This document shows, piece after piece, positions 45,564 to 59,100 of a DNA stretch of 64,000 bases. A model generated the notes under the pieces. That model was not told the origin of the DNA. It worked only from the letters and a program-made list of their open reading frames with translations, and searched no databases. Every line of letters begins with the position of its first letter. Positions within the stretch are counted from its first letter, which is position 1. Made by a program: the position numbers and the translations under genes. Source of the DNA: the human T2T-CHM13v2.0 reference genome, Homo sapiens; assembly GCF_009914755.1 (NCBI RefSeq), contig NC_060931.1; one strand, given 5' to 3'.

Positions 45564-46138
45564 CTTTGTGGTTTTATCTACCTTTGGTCTTTGATGATGG
45601 TGACGTACAGATGGGTTTTTGGTGTGGATGTCCTTTCTGTTTGTTAGTTTTCCTTCTAACAATCAGGACCCTCAGCTGCAGGTCTGTTGGAGTTTACTGG
45701 AGGTCCACTCCAGACCCTGTTTGCCTGGGTATCAGCAGTGGTGGCTGCAGAACAGCGGATATTGGTGAACTGCAAATGCTGCTGCCTGATCGTTCTTCTG
45801 GAATTTTTGTCTCAGAGGAGTACCCGGCCGTGTGAGGTGTCAGTCCGCCCCTACTTGGGGGTGCCTCCTAGTTAGGCTACTCGGGAGTCAGGGACCCACT
45901 TGAGGAGGCGGACTGCCTGTTCTCAGATCTCAAGCTGCATGCTGGGAGAACCACTGCTCTCTTCAAAGCTGTCAGACAGGGACATTTAAGTCTGCAGAGG
46001 TTATTGCTGTCTTTTGTTTGTCTGTGCCCTGCCCCCAGAGGTGGAGCCTACAGAGGCAGGCAGGCCTCCTTGAGCTGTGGTGGGCTCCACCCAGTTCGAG
46101 CTTCCCAGCCACTTTGTTTAACTATTCAAGGCTGAGCA

Positions 46139-46315
46139 ATGGCGGGCGCCCCTCCCCCAGCCTTGCTGCCGCCTTGCAGTTTGATCTCAGACTGCTGTGC
46201 TAGCAATGAGCAAGGCTCCATGGGCGTAGGACCCTCTCAGCCAGGTGCAGGATATAATCTCCTGGTGTGCTGTTTGATAAGCCCGTTGGAAAGTGTAGTA
46301 TTAGGGTGGGAGTGA
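46139..46315 (+). other. L1 antisense ORF0 homologue (58 aa) in the antisense-promoter region
   Basis: Manual translation: MAGAPPPALLPPCSLISDCCASNEQGSMGVGPSQPGAGYNLLVCCLISPLESVVLGWE*. N-terminus matches primate L1 ORF0p. Confidence 0.85.
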
Positions 46316-46857
46316 CCCGATTTTCCAGGTGCCGTCTGTCACCGCTTTTTTTGACTAGGAAAGGGAATTCCCTGACCCTTGCGCTTCCTGGGTGAGGCGA
46401 TGCCTCATCCTGCTTTGGCTCACACACGGTGCACTGCACCCACTGTCTGGCACTCCCCAGTGAGATGAACCCGGTATCTCAGTTGGAAATGCAGAAATCA
46501 CCCGTCTTCTGCCTCGCTTACGCTGGGAGCTGTAGACTGGAGCTGTTGCTATTCGGCCATCTTGGCTCCACCCCTGTTTAACATCTTTTAACATGTTTAT
46601 TGGCCATCTGTATATCTTCCTTGGAGAAATATCTATTCAGATACTTAGCCCACTTTAAAATTGGGTTATTTCTCTTCTTGCTATTGAGTTGTAAGAATTC
46701 TTTGTATATTCTAGACACCCTTTTCAGATACATGATTTGAAAACATTTTTTCCTATTCTGTAGATTGTCTTTTCACTTTCTTGATGGTGTCCTTTGAAGC
46801 ATGAATGTTTTACATTTTGATGAAGTGCATTTATTTTTTCTTTTGTGTTTCTTATAA

Positions 46858-47202
<345 letters not shown>

Positions 47203-48067
47203 TAAGGTCATGAAAATTTATCCTTATGTTGTCTTCTAAGAATTTTATAGTTTTAGATCTTACATTTAGGTCTTTCATTCATTTTTGCTAATTTTTATAT
47301 ATAGTGTGAGGTAAGGGTTCAATTTTATTTTATTTTTTCACAGGTGGCTCTCCAGCTGTCCCAGCACCATTTGTTGCAAGACTGCCCTTTCCCTATTGAA
47401 TGGTCACAGCACCCTTGTTGGAAATCAGTTGACCATAGATGTGAGGGTTTATTTCCAGACTGTCAATTCTATCCCATAATGAAGAAAGTACCACACTATT
47501 TTGATTACTGTTGCTTTTTAGTAAGACTTGGAATCAGAGAATGTGAGTCTTCCAGCTCTGTTCTCCTTTTCCAAGATTGTCTTGGCTATTCTGGGCTTCT
47601 TGCAATTCTGTGTGACTTCCAGAATCAGCTTCTTAATTTCCACAGAGACATCAGTTGGGATTCTGATAGTGAGTGCATTGAATCGGCAGATCAGTTTGGG
47701 GAGGACTGCTGTTGTGGCAATGTCAAGTCTTTCAATCCATGAACGTGGGATGTCTTTCCATTTATTGAGATCTTCTTTAATTTCTTTTAATAATGTTTTT
47801 TAGTTTTCAGAGTATAAATTTTACTCTCTTTTGTTAAGTTTATTCAAAAGTATTTTATTTTTGATGTTATTGTGAATGGAATTGTTTTCTTAATTTAATT
47901 TTTGGATCACCCATTGCAGGTGTATAGAAATAAACTGATTTTTGTATATTGATCTTATATTATGCTATCTTAATAAGCTTAGTTGTTAATTTTAACAGTT
48001 TTTTTTAGTGGATTTCTTAGGATTTTCTGTGTACAAGATTATGTCGTTTGCAAATTTTCCTTTCCAA

Positions 48068-48363
48068 TTTTTTTTTTTTTCTTAGATGGAGTCTGGCTCT
48101 GTCACCCAGGCTGGAGTGCAGTGGCGTGATCTTGGCTCACCGCAACTTCTGCCTTCCAGGTTCAAGTGATTCTCCTCCCTCAGCCTCCTAAGTAGGTGGG
48201 ATTACAGGTACCCACCACCACACCTGGCTAGTTTTTGTATTTTTAGTAGAGATGGGGTTTTGCCGTGTTGGCCAGGCTGGTCTCAAAGTCCTGACCTCAG
48301 GTAATCTGCCTCCCTTGGCCTCCCACAGTGCTGGGATTACAGGCGTGAGCCACCATGCCCGGC
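48068..48363 (-). mobile_element. Alu (AluS-like), TSD tttcctttccaattt
   Basis: Reverse dimer with direct repeat flanks. Confidence 0.95.
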
Positions 48364-49364
48364 TTTCCTTTCCAATTTGAATGGCCTTTATTTCTTTTTC
48401 TTGCCAAATCTCTCTGGTCAGAACCAGTAAAATATTCAATAGCAGTGATGACGGCAGACATGCCTGGCTTGCTCCTGATCTTTGGGGGATGTTTTCAGTC
48501 CTTCATCATTAAGTAGGAAGCTAGCTGCGTTTCTTTTTGTATATGTTCCTTATCAGGTTGAGGAAGTTCACTTCTATTTTCATTTTTTCAGTGTTGTTAT
48601 CATGAAAGGGTGTTGGATTTTGTCAAATGTTTTTTCTGCGTGTACTGAGATGATCATGTCATTTTTGTTTTTTATTCGATTTATAAGATGTACTACCTTA
48701 AATTATTTTTGGATGCTAAAACGACCTTGCATTTTTGGGATAAAACCCACGTTTTTCATTTATAATTCTTTTTATATGTTGCTGGATTTGGTTTGCCAAT
48801 ATTTTGTTGAGGATTTTTGTGTCCATATTCTTAAGAGATATTGGTCTAGTTTTCTTGTGATGTCTTTGTCTGGTTTTGGTATCAGAGTAATACTGGCCTC
48901 ACAAAATGCCAACTATCTGAACAAAACAAAACAACCTCCCAATCTATCATTTTAATGAAGTGCTCTAGAATTTTGCTGGCAGTCCACGTGAAATTTTCTA
49001 GTACTGGAGTTACTAGATGACCAGTCCTATTGTACCAACTTTTTGGCTTTAAGATTCCATTTGCATATTGTTTCTGCCTTCTCCAAAGGCTTTGAACGTG
49101 CATTTAGACCAAAATATTAAAACTTTGACCACTGTGGGTGGCTACATTTCACCTCACATTCATGAATTCATCAGTTAGTGAGTGAATGAGTCCCCTGCCT
49201 CTCCACCCGGACTCCACAGATCTCCTCTGCACGTTCTGAGCTGCAGGGAACCCTGTTTATTCCCCAGCTATCGGAGACGTCTCCAAACTGAAATTACGTC
49301 TGCAGTTTCTGCGGGGGCTTTTTCCTTCCTGCTTTTCCATTATTAATAATTCACCCTTGATCTT

Positions 49365-49510
49365 CACAGAAACCTATGCAGCAGGGGCTTTCACTGCCTT
49401 CATTTTTCAGATGAGGAAACTGAGGCTTGCTGAGGATATGCGGGCTGCCCAAACGTCTCACAGCTGGCGGCTGGCAGGCCAGAGGTTCTGCCCTGGTCCA
49501 TCTGACTGTG
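49365..49510 (-). mobile_element. MIR
   Basis: Core catttttcagatgaggaaactgaggc. Confidence 0.75.
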
Positions 49511-50931
49511 GCCCCGGGACTCAGCTCCTTCAGGCCACTGGTGCTGCATGCCTTGTTCTGAGGGCTTGGGGGTGGGAGGCCGGGCAGCTCTTATGAAAAC
49601 ATAGACTCCAAAGCGGGGGCGGTGGCCATGCCCCTTTCTCCTGCTGCCTCGCATCTGCCACCCTGCTGTCTGCCCTTGCTCATGCCTGAGCTGCCGGGAG
49701 GACAATCATGTCCCTTCAGAAAGGACGAGGCTCAAGGACCCCGTTCGACTCACTCCGGCAATTTGTTCTTAATCAAAACCATCGCAGTTCCCGGCTGGGA
49801 GTCTTGATTAAGCCTCTCCAGCGGGTGCTCTGACTCCAAGCCTCGTCCCTGATTTTTTTATTTAATTTCTTCCCACTCTTCTTTCAGATTTCTAGGTCAG
49901 GGAGTTTGAGGCTCGTTCTTGCTTCAGTGCAGCTTGGCGGTTTTGTGTCTGGTGTGAGGTTTCTGCCTGGAGGGTGAGGGTGGAAAACCTTGCCCTTCAG
50001 CCAGGACTGAAACCCCAATTGACGGCCCTCCCTGACTGTCCGCGTTCCCAGCCCCGAGGCTGCAGGGCCATTCTTCTTGACCTCTCTTGAACCTTCGCCC
50101 CCTACAGAGCCAAGGTTAAGGGTCACTTTCTCAGCTTCCTTCTGCTGGAGAGAACCAAAGATCTGCTCCCCTTTTGTGTGCAGGGGGTCGCTGCCCTGTG
50201 AACGGTTTCCAGGCACAAGGCCGTGTGTCTGTCTTTGAGGGAGAGACTTGTGGGGTCATCTGTCCTGAAGTGACAGAGGTTTTCTCCTGTTCTTCCAGCA
50301 GCAGCTTTGAACTGGGGAGCCAGAGAAAGGAGGAGAGCGGTGGGAGAGAGGAGGAGGAAGAACCAGGGACCGTTAAGGATGGTTGATCTCTTTGTGCCTT
50401 TTAGGGAGAGAGGTCAGCATCGGATGGATGGTCACGCCTTCGGCCTCACAGAGGCAGAGGCCACCAAGGGTCACTTCCTTGAGCTCAGGGGCAGCCCCAG
50501 TGTCACTAGGCCCCTCTGAGAGGCACCAGGCAGCCGCTCCCCATCCCCGCTGTGGGGGCACAGGACGGTTGTGATGGGGACTCCCTCCTTTCCCCTAGTG
50601 TTGGGAAGGCAGCACCCCAACCTCTTCCTCAACGGTGACAATTCCCAAGGACTGTGTATCCTTAAAAAGGAGGTGGGAAGGCTTTGCAGCACTTTGGTGA
50701 GACCAATGTGGACACTGAGGCACATGCCAGCCACTTAGGCCCCTCAGCCTCTGCCTGGAGCAGTGCGGGTCCCTCTATGGCAATGCGGCCTCTGTGGACC
50801 TGCTGACCATGTGGCAGGCTCTGTTTCCTCTGAAAACTGCCCCGTCCACTGAGAATCTTCCACATGGGCTCCTGCCGACAGGTGCTAACCTTCAGAACTT
50901 TCTGATGGAGGTGACCTTCCTGAATTCCACC

Positions 50932-51115
<184 letters not shown>

Positions 51116-51609
51116 TAAGAAAAGTTGCAAAATACAGTTACAAAAAAGTTTTAAAAAGATGAGAGCCTTATTCCCTAGCGTTAATTATTGTAAATGCTTT
51201 AGAGTATTTTTCCCATCCTTTGATTAATTAGCATGTTTTGTGTATGTATGTATTTCATTAAAAACAAAAGTAGAATGCTCCTAGGTACAGTTTTGCATCC
51301 TGCCTTTCCACTTAATGGTATGTGTCATGGACATTTTTCACATCATTAAACCCTTTTCAAGAACATCATTTAAATAGCTACAGAGCTTTCCATTGTTTGG
51401 GGACACTACAATGTATCTTGTTCTTCTCCATTGTTAAAAGTTGACATGGAAAACGCTTCTGAACCTGGCTACATCTTATATAAACACGTTTGGACAATAT
51501 GAGGCTCTTTTATGATCCGCTGACAGAAGGTGCTGAGCACAGGCTCCGTTGGTCCGGTCTTTGGCCCATGAGGCTGGAGAATCTTTGGGCACTAGAAAGT
51601 CGGTAGAGA

Positions 51610-51913
51610 AGCCAGGCGCGGTGGCTCATGCCTGTAATCCTAGCACTTTGGGAGGCTGAGGCAGGCAGATCACTTGAGGTCAGGAGTTCGAGACCAGCCT
51701 GGCCAGCATGGTGAAACCTTGTCTCTACTAAAAATACAAAAATTAGCTGGGCACGGTGGCAGGCGTCTGTAATCCCACCTACTGGGAGGCTGAGGCAGGA
51801 GAATCGCTTGAACCTTGGGAGGTGGAGGTTGCAGTGAGCTGAGATCATGTCACTGCACTCCAGCCTGGGGGACAGAGTGAGACTCCATCTCAAAAAAAAA
51901 AAAAAAAAAAAAA
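51610..51913 (+). mobile_element. Alu (AluS-like), TSD aaagtc(g/a)gtagaga
   Basis: Full dimer with long A tail. Confidence 0.95.
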
Positions 51914-52621
51914 GTCAGTAGAGAAACAAACCCTCATGCTCATGTGTCTATGTGTGTATTTGTGTCTGTGCGTGTAGACCAGTGTGTGTGTGCATGCGTG
52001 AGAACAGACCCAGGTATAGACTGGATATATGGAAATTGGTGACCGGCCTCTCTCTGGGGCTTTTGGTTGCAGGCACAGTGGCGGTGGGCCGGCCCTGGTG
52101 GACTGGAAGCTGGGTTTGGGCGGAGGGTCCAGGAAGGCTGACTTTGCCATGAGCCCCTGCCATGGTCACGAAAAGTCCACCGATAGGACCCAAATGGAAC
52201 TCCACACAGTGCCTCTCAGAATGGAGGCTACCAGGTGTGGGCCGCAGCCTGGGACAGGCTTCAGGGAGGCCTGTGGGGTGACCGCAGATGATGGTGGGGA
52301 AGACAAGTGGGGCAGCAGCTGTGTCTGCATAAACTCTCCTGTAGCTTCCCGATCTCTCTCCCCTTTGTGGAAGGCCCAGTGGCGACTTGAGCAGTTAGAA
52401 GCACTGTGGCCGTGGAGCTGTGGCCACCACCTCTAACGCTGAGGTGCTCCATCCGTGCCGTGTGGCCCCGCGTGTGGGCATTCCTTTACTCTGGCAAGTC
52501 TGATGTTGGCAGGTGGCTGGGATTATGTTCCTGCTTGCTTGATTTTCAGTTTTTTTTTTTTTTTTTTTAAAGGGAACACATAAAGGATAAAGAAATCTGC
52601 AAAGTTGTTTAAAAGAGCAAA

Positions 52622-52913
52622 TTTTTTTTTGTTTGTTTTTTGAGATGGAGTCTCGCTCTGTCGCCCAGGCTGAAGTGCAATCTCGGCTCACTGCAACCTC
52701 CGCCTCTCGGGTTCAAGCGATTCTCCTGCCTCAGCCTCACAGTAGGTGGGATTACAGGCACGCACCACCATGCCTGACAACTTTTTGTATTTTTGGTAGA
52801 GGCAGGGTTTCACCATGTTGGCCAGGCTAGTCTTGAACTCCTGACCTCAAGTGATGCATCTGCCTCGGCCTTTCACAGCGCTGGGATTCCAGGCTGAGCC
52901 CCCGCGCCCGGCC
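52622..52913 (-). mobile_element. Alu (AluS-like)
   Basis: Reverse dimer. Confidence 0.93.
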
Positions 52914-53294
52914 AAAAATAGCAGATATCTTTTGACTCCTACTATAAACTTTTATCAATATGAGAGGAAAAGACATGCACTGACTTGAGTTTTGTGATCA
53001 CAATGGCTCCAGACAGGATGGGCGCTTTTCCTCAGAGGATGCCAGGTGGATCCAGGCAAGGGAATGAAGCCGGTACGGCCACCTCAACCCTGCGAGACGA
53101 CATGTCATTGCAGCCACATGGATCTCAGAGATTGTTAGATTATTTTAGCAAAAGGTCATAGGTCTCATGTACAAAATCTTCTTCCTTTGTGGCTAATTGC
53201 AGGGAAAACAGATAGTTACTTTCTCAATTTACTGGCGCTCCTGTAGCTTCTTGTATTTCCACCGCAAGGCTGCTGTTTGGGTGGATTCATGATT

Positions 53295-53295
53295 G

Positions 53296-53327
<32 letters not shown>

Positions 53328-53569
53328 TGTCTCTCTCTGTCTCTCTGTCTCTCTCTCTCTGTCTCTCTCTCTCTGTCTCTCTCTCTCTGTCTCTCTCTGT
53401 CTCTCTCTCTGTCTCTCTCTGTCTCTCTCTCTGTCTCTCTCTCTGTCTCTCTCTCTGTGTCTCTCTGTCTCTCTGTCTCTCTCTCTGTCTCTCTCTCTCT
53501 GTCTCTCTCTCTCTCTCTGTCTCTCTCTCTCTCTGTCTCTCTCTCTGTCTCTCTCTCTGTCTCTCTCTG

Positions 53570-53601
<32 letters not shown>

Positions 53602-53654
53602 TGTCTCTCTCTCCCTCCCTCTCTCCCTCTCTCTCTCTCTCTCTCCCTCTCTCC

Positions 53655-53728
<74 letters not shown>
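53295..53728. repeat. (CT)n/(CTGT) interrupted microsatellite, ~430 bp
   Basis: Directly visible. Confidence 0.98.
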
Positions 53729-54001
53729 TTGATAAAGCACAGTGAGCTTTGAGGAGTCCATTTAATCCCTGCAGAAACCTAAGAGTGGTTTTAAAATCTA
53801 AATTATTGTCAAGAGTGACATTTTCATTTGACTTTAAGGGAAATGGTCCATTTCAAACAAAGACAAAAAATTGCACCAATGTCTCAGGGCTGAGATAATT
53901 TTTTCCCAGTAATACAAGAAGAACCATTAGTATGAATAGCAGAAAGGGGATCATCTCTCATGAACTTACTTTGAGGAAGGTTTAGAAAGCACCATCCTGG
54001 C

Positions 54002-54238
54002 CAGGTGAGCCCGCTGGCTGAGGAGGGTGTGGGCGGGACACAGGTGAGCCCGCTGGCTGAGGAGGGTGTGGGTGGGACACAGGTGAGCCCGCTGGCTGCG
54101 GAGGGTGTGGGCGGGACACAGGTGAGCCCGCTGGCTGGGGAGGGTGTGGGTAGGACACAGGTGAGCCCGCTGGCTGGGGAGGGTGTGGGTAGGACACAGG
54201 TGAGCCCGCTGGCTGGGGAGGGTGTGGGTGGGACACAG
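54002..54238. repeat. 39 bp VNTR, 6 copies (caggtgagcccgctggctgNggagggtgtgggYRggaca)
   Basis: Unit starts at 54002, 54041, 54080, 54119, 54158, 54197. Confidence 0.97.
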
Positions 54239-55544
54239 AGAGGACCAGGATGCTTGCCTTTTCCTCTTCCTCCTTGGCAGCTTGCCCAGGTGCTTGCTAA
54301 TGTATTCAGTAAAGTTCAAAATAGGGCAGCTGCCCCCAAAATATAGTTTGGAGTGTCCATAAGAAATGTTCTCATTTTTGCCCCCTGAGCCACATAGGCA
54401 TGACAGTGGGACACGGGGTCTGGGGCGAGGCTGGACGCTGCCATCCAGCACCCAGCTCGTTTCGGCCTGGGCTGCCCTCAGCACTGCGCAGACCCGCGAG
54501 CTCCTCATTTCCCCGGAAGATGAACGAGAAGGTTCGCGCGAGATTCTCTGCAAAGCCCTGGCACAGGCCCCGTCCCTGCAGCTGTTTATTGACGCTGTGG
54601 CGGCCGAGACGGCATGTTTGGAAATCTGCTTGGCATGGAGACTGCGGTGCCCTGACCACTGCAGACAAGAACTCGTCTTAACACCTGCAGGCTAAAGGAG
54701 GAAAGAGTGGGGTGTCTGCGTTAGAGGTTCAGAGCCGCAAGACTCCAACAGCCAAGTTCAACGACAGGCAGAGTTGGTGCCTGGAAACTTCTGTGGATCA
54801 GAGGGTTGTTGGTGGTGGTGGGTGCACACCTCACTCATGGTGGTGGTGTCTGAAACAAGACCCTTTTTGCTTTCTGTAGAACTGGCATAGACCGTGTGGT
54901 GCAGGTTCAGCTCCAGCTGTCAAGAGGAAGTTAGAGATGAGACAGTTACTGAGCAGGCTTCATCAGAGACCAAATGAACGCAGGGTTTCAAAAGCAAGAC
55001 TTGGGGCCTCTCAGCTGAGCATTGTGACTTCTAGTGGGGTTTACGTGGCTCTGACAGGGTGTCCTCTGTGGCAGCAGCGTGGAGTGAGAGCACATTGTCC
55101 TCACGCTGCTCGCAAACCTGGTCAGGATGAGATGGTGAGAATGAGGCAGATTCTCGATGTGGTGAGGGCATCAGATAGCTGAGGCATGTTGAGAACACCC
55201 CCCAGCAGACGCCCACAGCCAGGTTGTGGTGTGGAAGACGAGCCGTGGGGGTTAAAATCAGCTGCTTTTTTTCACACAACGGTCCCTTGAGTGCCGATAC
55301 AGACCTTGCTCTGATGTGCGGCAGGCGGACATTGTTCCAAGTTATGCTACTTTTGTTAAAAAAAGTACTTGCTGGTGAGAGATGATAATTTGAATGTAGT
55401 AACCTGGCACTTAGTTCATTTGCGCATGCCAGGCCAGTGACCGCCCGCTGCTCGTGATAAATACTGGGACTGGCCTCTCACTTTGGCTAATATTTTACCA
55501 CAGTTCGAATTCACCTCTTCAAGCCTGAGCCCATGTTCTTTTTT

Positions 55545-56102
55545 TCCCACCTCGCCCCCATCCCCATCCTCACCCCTCACCCTCATCCCATCCCCCTCAC
55601 AATCCCCATTCCCGTCCCCATCCGCCCCACCCCATCCTCACCCCATCTGTCCCCACCTCACCCCATCTTCATCCCCATCCATCCTCCCCCCATCCTCATC
55701 TCCATCCATCCCCATTCACCGCATCCTCATCCCATCTATCCCCACCTCACCTCATGTGTCCCCACCCCATCCTCACCCCATCCGTCCCCACCCCATCCTC
55801 ACCCCATCTGTCCCCACCTCACCCCATCTTCATCCCCATCCGTCCCCACCCCATCCTCACCCCCATCCGTCCCCACCCCATCCTCACCCCCATCTGTCCA
55901 CACTCACCCCATCCTCACCCCCATCTGTCCACACTCACCCCATCCTCACCCCCATCCATCCCCACCCCATCCTCACCCCCATCTGTCCACACTCACCCCA
56001 TCCTCACCCCCATCTGTCCACACTCACCCCATCCTCACCCCCACCACATCCCCATCCGTCCCCACTCACCCCATCCTCCCATCCTCTTCCCCACCCCATC
56101 CA
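55545..56102. repeat. C-rich degenerate repeat (ccccatcctcacccccatctgtcc...)
   Basis: Directly visible; explains the Pro/His/Ser-rich ORFs. Confidence 0.93.
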
Positions 56103-59100
56103 TGTCACAGTTCATGGGAAGCCTGGTGCACATGTGTAGAACCAGAGCCACCTTATCCCTGTCCCTCCCTTCCCTCCCCACTGGCTGAGCGGGAGGGGAT
56201 GGCCTGGGATTGGCTTCCTACCGTTGCCATGACTGTTGCTAGGATCAGGGCTGTCTCCAGCCCCTGCAGGAAACATGTAATGAATTATGGATGTCCGATT
56301 TTCTCTGAGAGGCCTGATCTGTAATGCAGATGAGCACCAAGTCCCCCTTTTCTTCTGGTTTCTTAAGAAAAAAAAATCAGTTTTAAATCCGAAGCTGGCA
56401 TTTGTGTAGTCCTGGCTGCCCCTTGCAGTGACCGCTGCCCGGTGTTGATTCTTATGCAAAGAGAGGGCCGGGGTCAGGGTCTGTTGTTTGTTCTGGAAAA
56501 GCTTGTAGGATTTTCACCAGACCTTGTGACCCTTTGGGGACATTTTTTTTGTGTGTGATCAGAGACAGAATGGGATATAAACACTAGAAGTGACATTTTC
56601 TAAACGTGAGGCACTTCTCTGGGCTGGCAGTGCCAGGAGCGTGGAGGGCTCAGATCTCTGCTGGCAAAGGTGTGAGTGCTCTCCCTTCTCCCTCTCCCTC
56701 CCACTCCAGCCTCCACCCCAGAGCAGAGAAACGTTTGCCCAAATGTGACTTATACCTTCGTTCTGAGAGTAGGCACAGGTGGGCCTCTTCCATTGGCTGC
56801 CCTTGTGGGCTGTGAGCAGAGAGGGCCCTCACGTTTACTAAGTGCCCTTGTGGGCTTGGGGCCACCCCACCGCCAGATGGAGGGGACAGAGGTGACAGGC
56901 GACAGGGCTGGGCTCCCTGTCCAGCTCCCCAGTGGCAGAGGTCCTCGGACAGTGGGAATCAGAAGGGCGTCTTTGCTGGGCCACCCTTGGCAGGGAGTGA
57001 CCTGAGCAGGTGCTTCCTGTGTGAGTGGGGGTGTCTGGGAACTGTGCAAGGTGCGGCCATGTGGGCATGCTCAGAGCCTGGTTGGACTGTAAGGTAGGAA
57101 GGCATCCAGTCGTTCCCATGGGCCAGCACAGAGGAGAAACAGGCATGTGTGCGCGGGCCTGAAGGCGGCCCCTTCCCGGCAGTCTTACCTAAGCGACTGG
57201 TCCCTTAGGCTCCCAGCTTCGTGCCTGTCACCCAGCATCCCCATTGCCTCACGGTTCCCCCTCTCACGGGAGAAACGTCGACAGTGCTGGTGGGAACACA
57301 GAGATGCCACCCAGGACCCCCGTGAGATGCAGACACAAGCGGCTTTAACTTTACAATGCAATGAAGCAAAATATGCTGGCTTTGAGACCCGGAGGGCACG
57401 AAAACAGGGAGCTGGGGTTCTGGAAGGACGCCAGCTCGGCCTGCGAGGGGCTGAAAAATACCTGCTGTTGCCTCTGCCTCGTTGAGAGTTGCCTCCCACC
57501 ACCACAGAGGGAACCACGTGAGTCAAAGACAGAAAGAAAGGGACGGAAAAGAACTGTATTTCAAAGAGGCAAGCCTTTATATTAGAATGACGGCAACGCA
57601 GTTTAGGTGAAAATTACATTTGTCACCCCCACACTGGAGTGTTTATTGAACGGCAGCTGGGTCAGCTCAAGGAATTTCAAAGAGACGCAGGACACGAAGT
57701 GATGGATGAGTGGAATCCTCCACTAAAACTCCTTCCAGGACACTGTGTATCTGTCTACAGTTTCATTCTCGCTTTCTTTCTTTTTATTGAGGGCATGCCT
57801 TGGACGTTTTGGTTTTAGTCTCAGGACCATTTTAATGAAGAGCCATGGGTCACTGCTTCTATTCGGGGTCATGTACAGACAACAGTCAGTGGAAATAGCA
57901 CTTGTCTTTGAATTGAGCAGATAGAAAATAGAGAAGGAAAGTCCTGGAGGAGCGGCTTTCCCGCCAGCGTCTACCTGTAGAGAGTGAGACGAAGACGGAG
58001 ACAATTAACTGGACGAAGCAGGCAAAATCCCCGATAATTGAGGCCGGGTGCCACGGGGTGACTTTCCCTTTCTGGAGTTATTTAGCCAGTTTCTTTCTCT
58101 CTGCTGTGTGTGTCGACACAACCTTGGCCTCCCCCGCTGTAAAATGGAAAAACCACAGCCGCAGAGCTCACCAGGGAATTCTGCAGCTCTCGGAATGATT
58201 GCGCGCCGGGCTGACAATGCGAAGTGTTAGATTAACGTGAAAGTGTTCTATGTTGGAACATCGAATACAGACGAGGCATGTAAGAAAACGATGTTTTAAG
58301 AAATATGTTTTATGCCATATCATTTCTTTTACTGAAAACAATTGGACAAACAAACAAGAAAAGCCAAGGAAAATGCGACCGGGACGTGGAATCGGCCCGT
58401 CTGTGAGTGGAAGGATCACACTCCCAGCTGAGATAGAAATTAAAGCCACGCGTGCCTCTGTTTCTATGCGTGGTAAAATAAACAAGCAACACTTCGAGGA
58501 ACTATTGATTCTGTTATTAAAACACAGCCTGTTTGGTTTGCCAGATCGTAGCCATTATTAATGCATTATTAATTCTATGTAAGTGCCTGCTTATCAGATC
58601 CATTAACCGGGGGAGTAATTGCCGAGGGAGAGAGCTCAGAAGGTGTGTCACGCTGCTCGCTCGGTCTAGGTGGAACGAAGCGGAGAGAAGCCACGCGGAG
58701 CAATGGAGGCAGCCCCGTAAGGCAGTGTCCGTTTCTGTCTGTGGCCAAAATGGCCAGGGATGTTTTTGGCCAAGCTGATGAGACAGAGATTGGAAGAGGA
58801 AAGTTTCATACTGATACTTCGGCTGGCTGGCTGCAGAGTAACCTGCATTTTGGGCCATTTTTGGTTAAATGTATGAAAGCAAACATCCACATAAAGGCTG
58901 AAATGGTTTGTCAATGACCCAGAGGCTGTTCCCGGGATCTTTTGAGCCCTGGGAACCTGGAGGTACCTGCAGAGCTGAGCAGATTGCTTCCGCATCAAGG
59001 AAACAAGCGGGACTTGTGAGAAGGGGCGGTTTGTGAGGCCCCTGGCTGCAGGCACTGGAGGTCCTGCCACCCAGCGGCACAAGGCTGCCCTGCCTGCTTT

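Noticed and set aside
53216-53761. ER/RE-rich coiled-coil-like ORF
   Set aside because: Translation of a (GA)n microsatellite.
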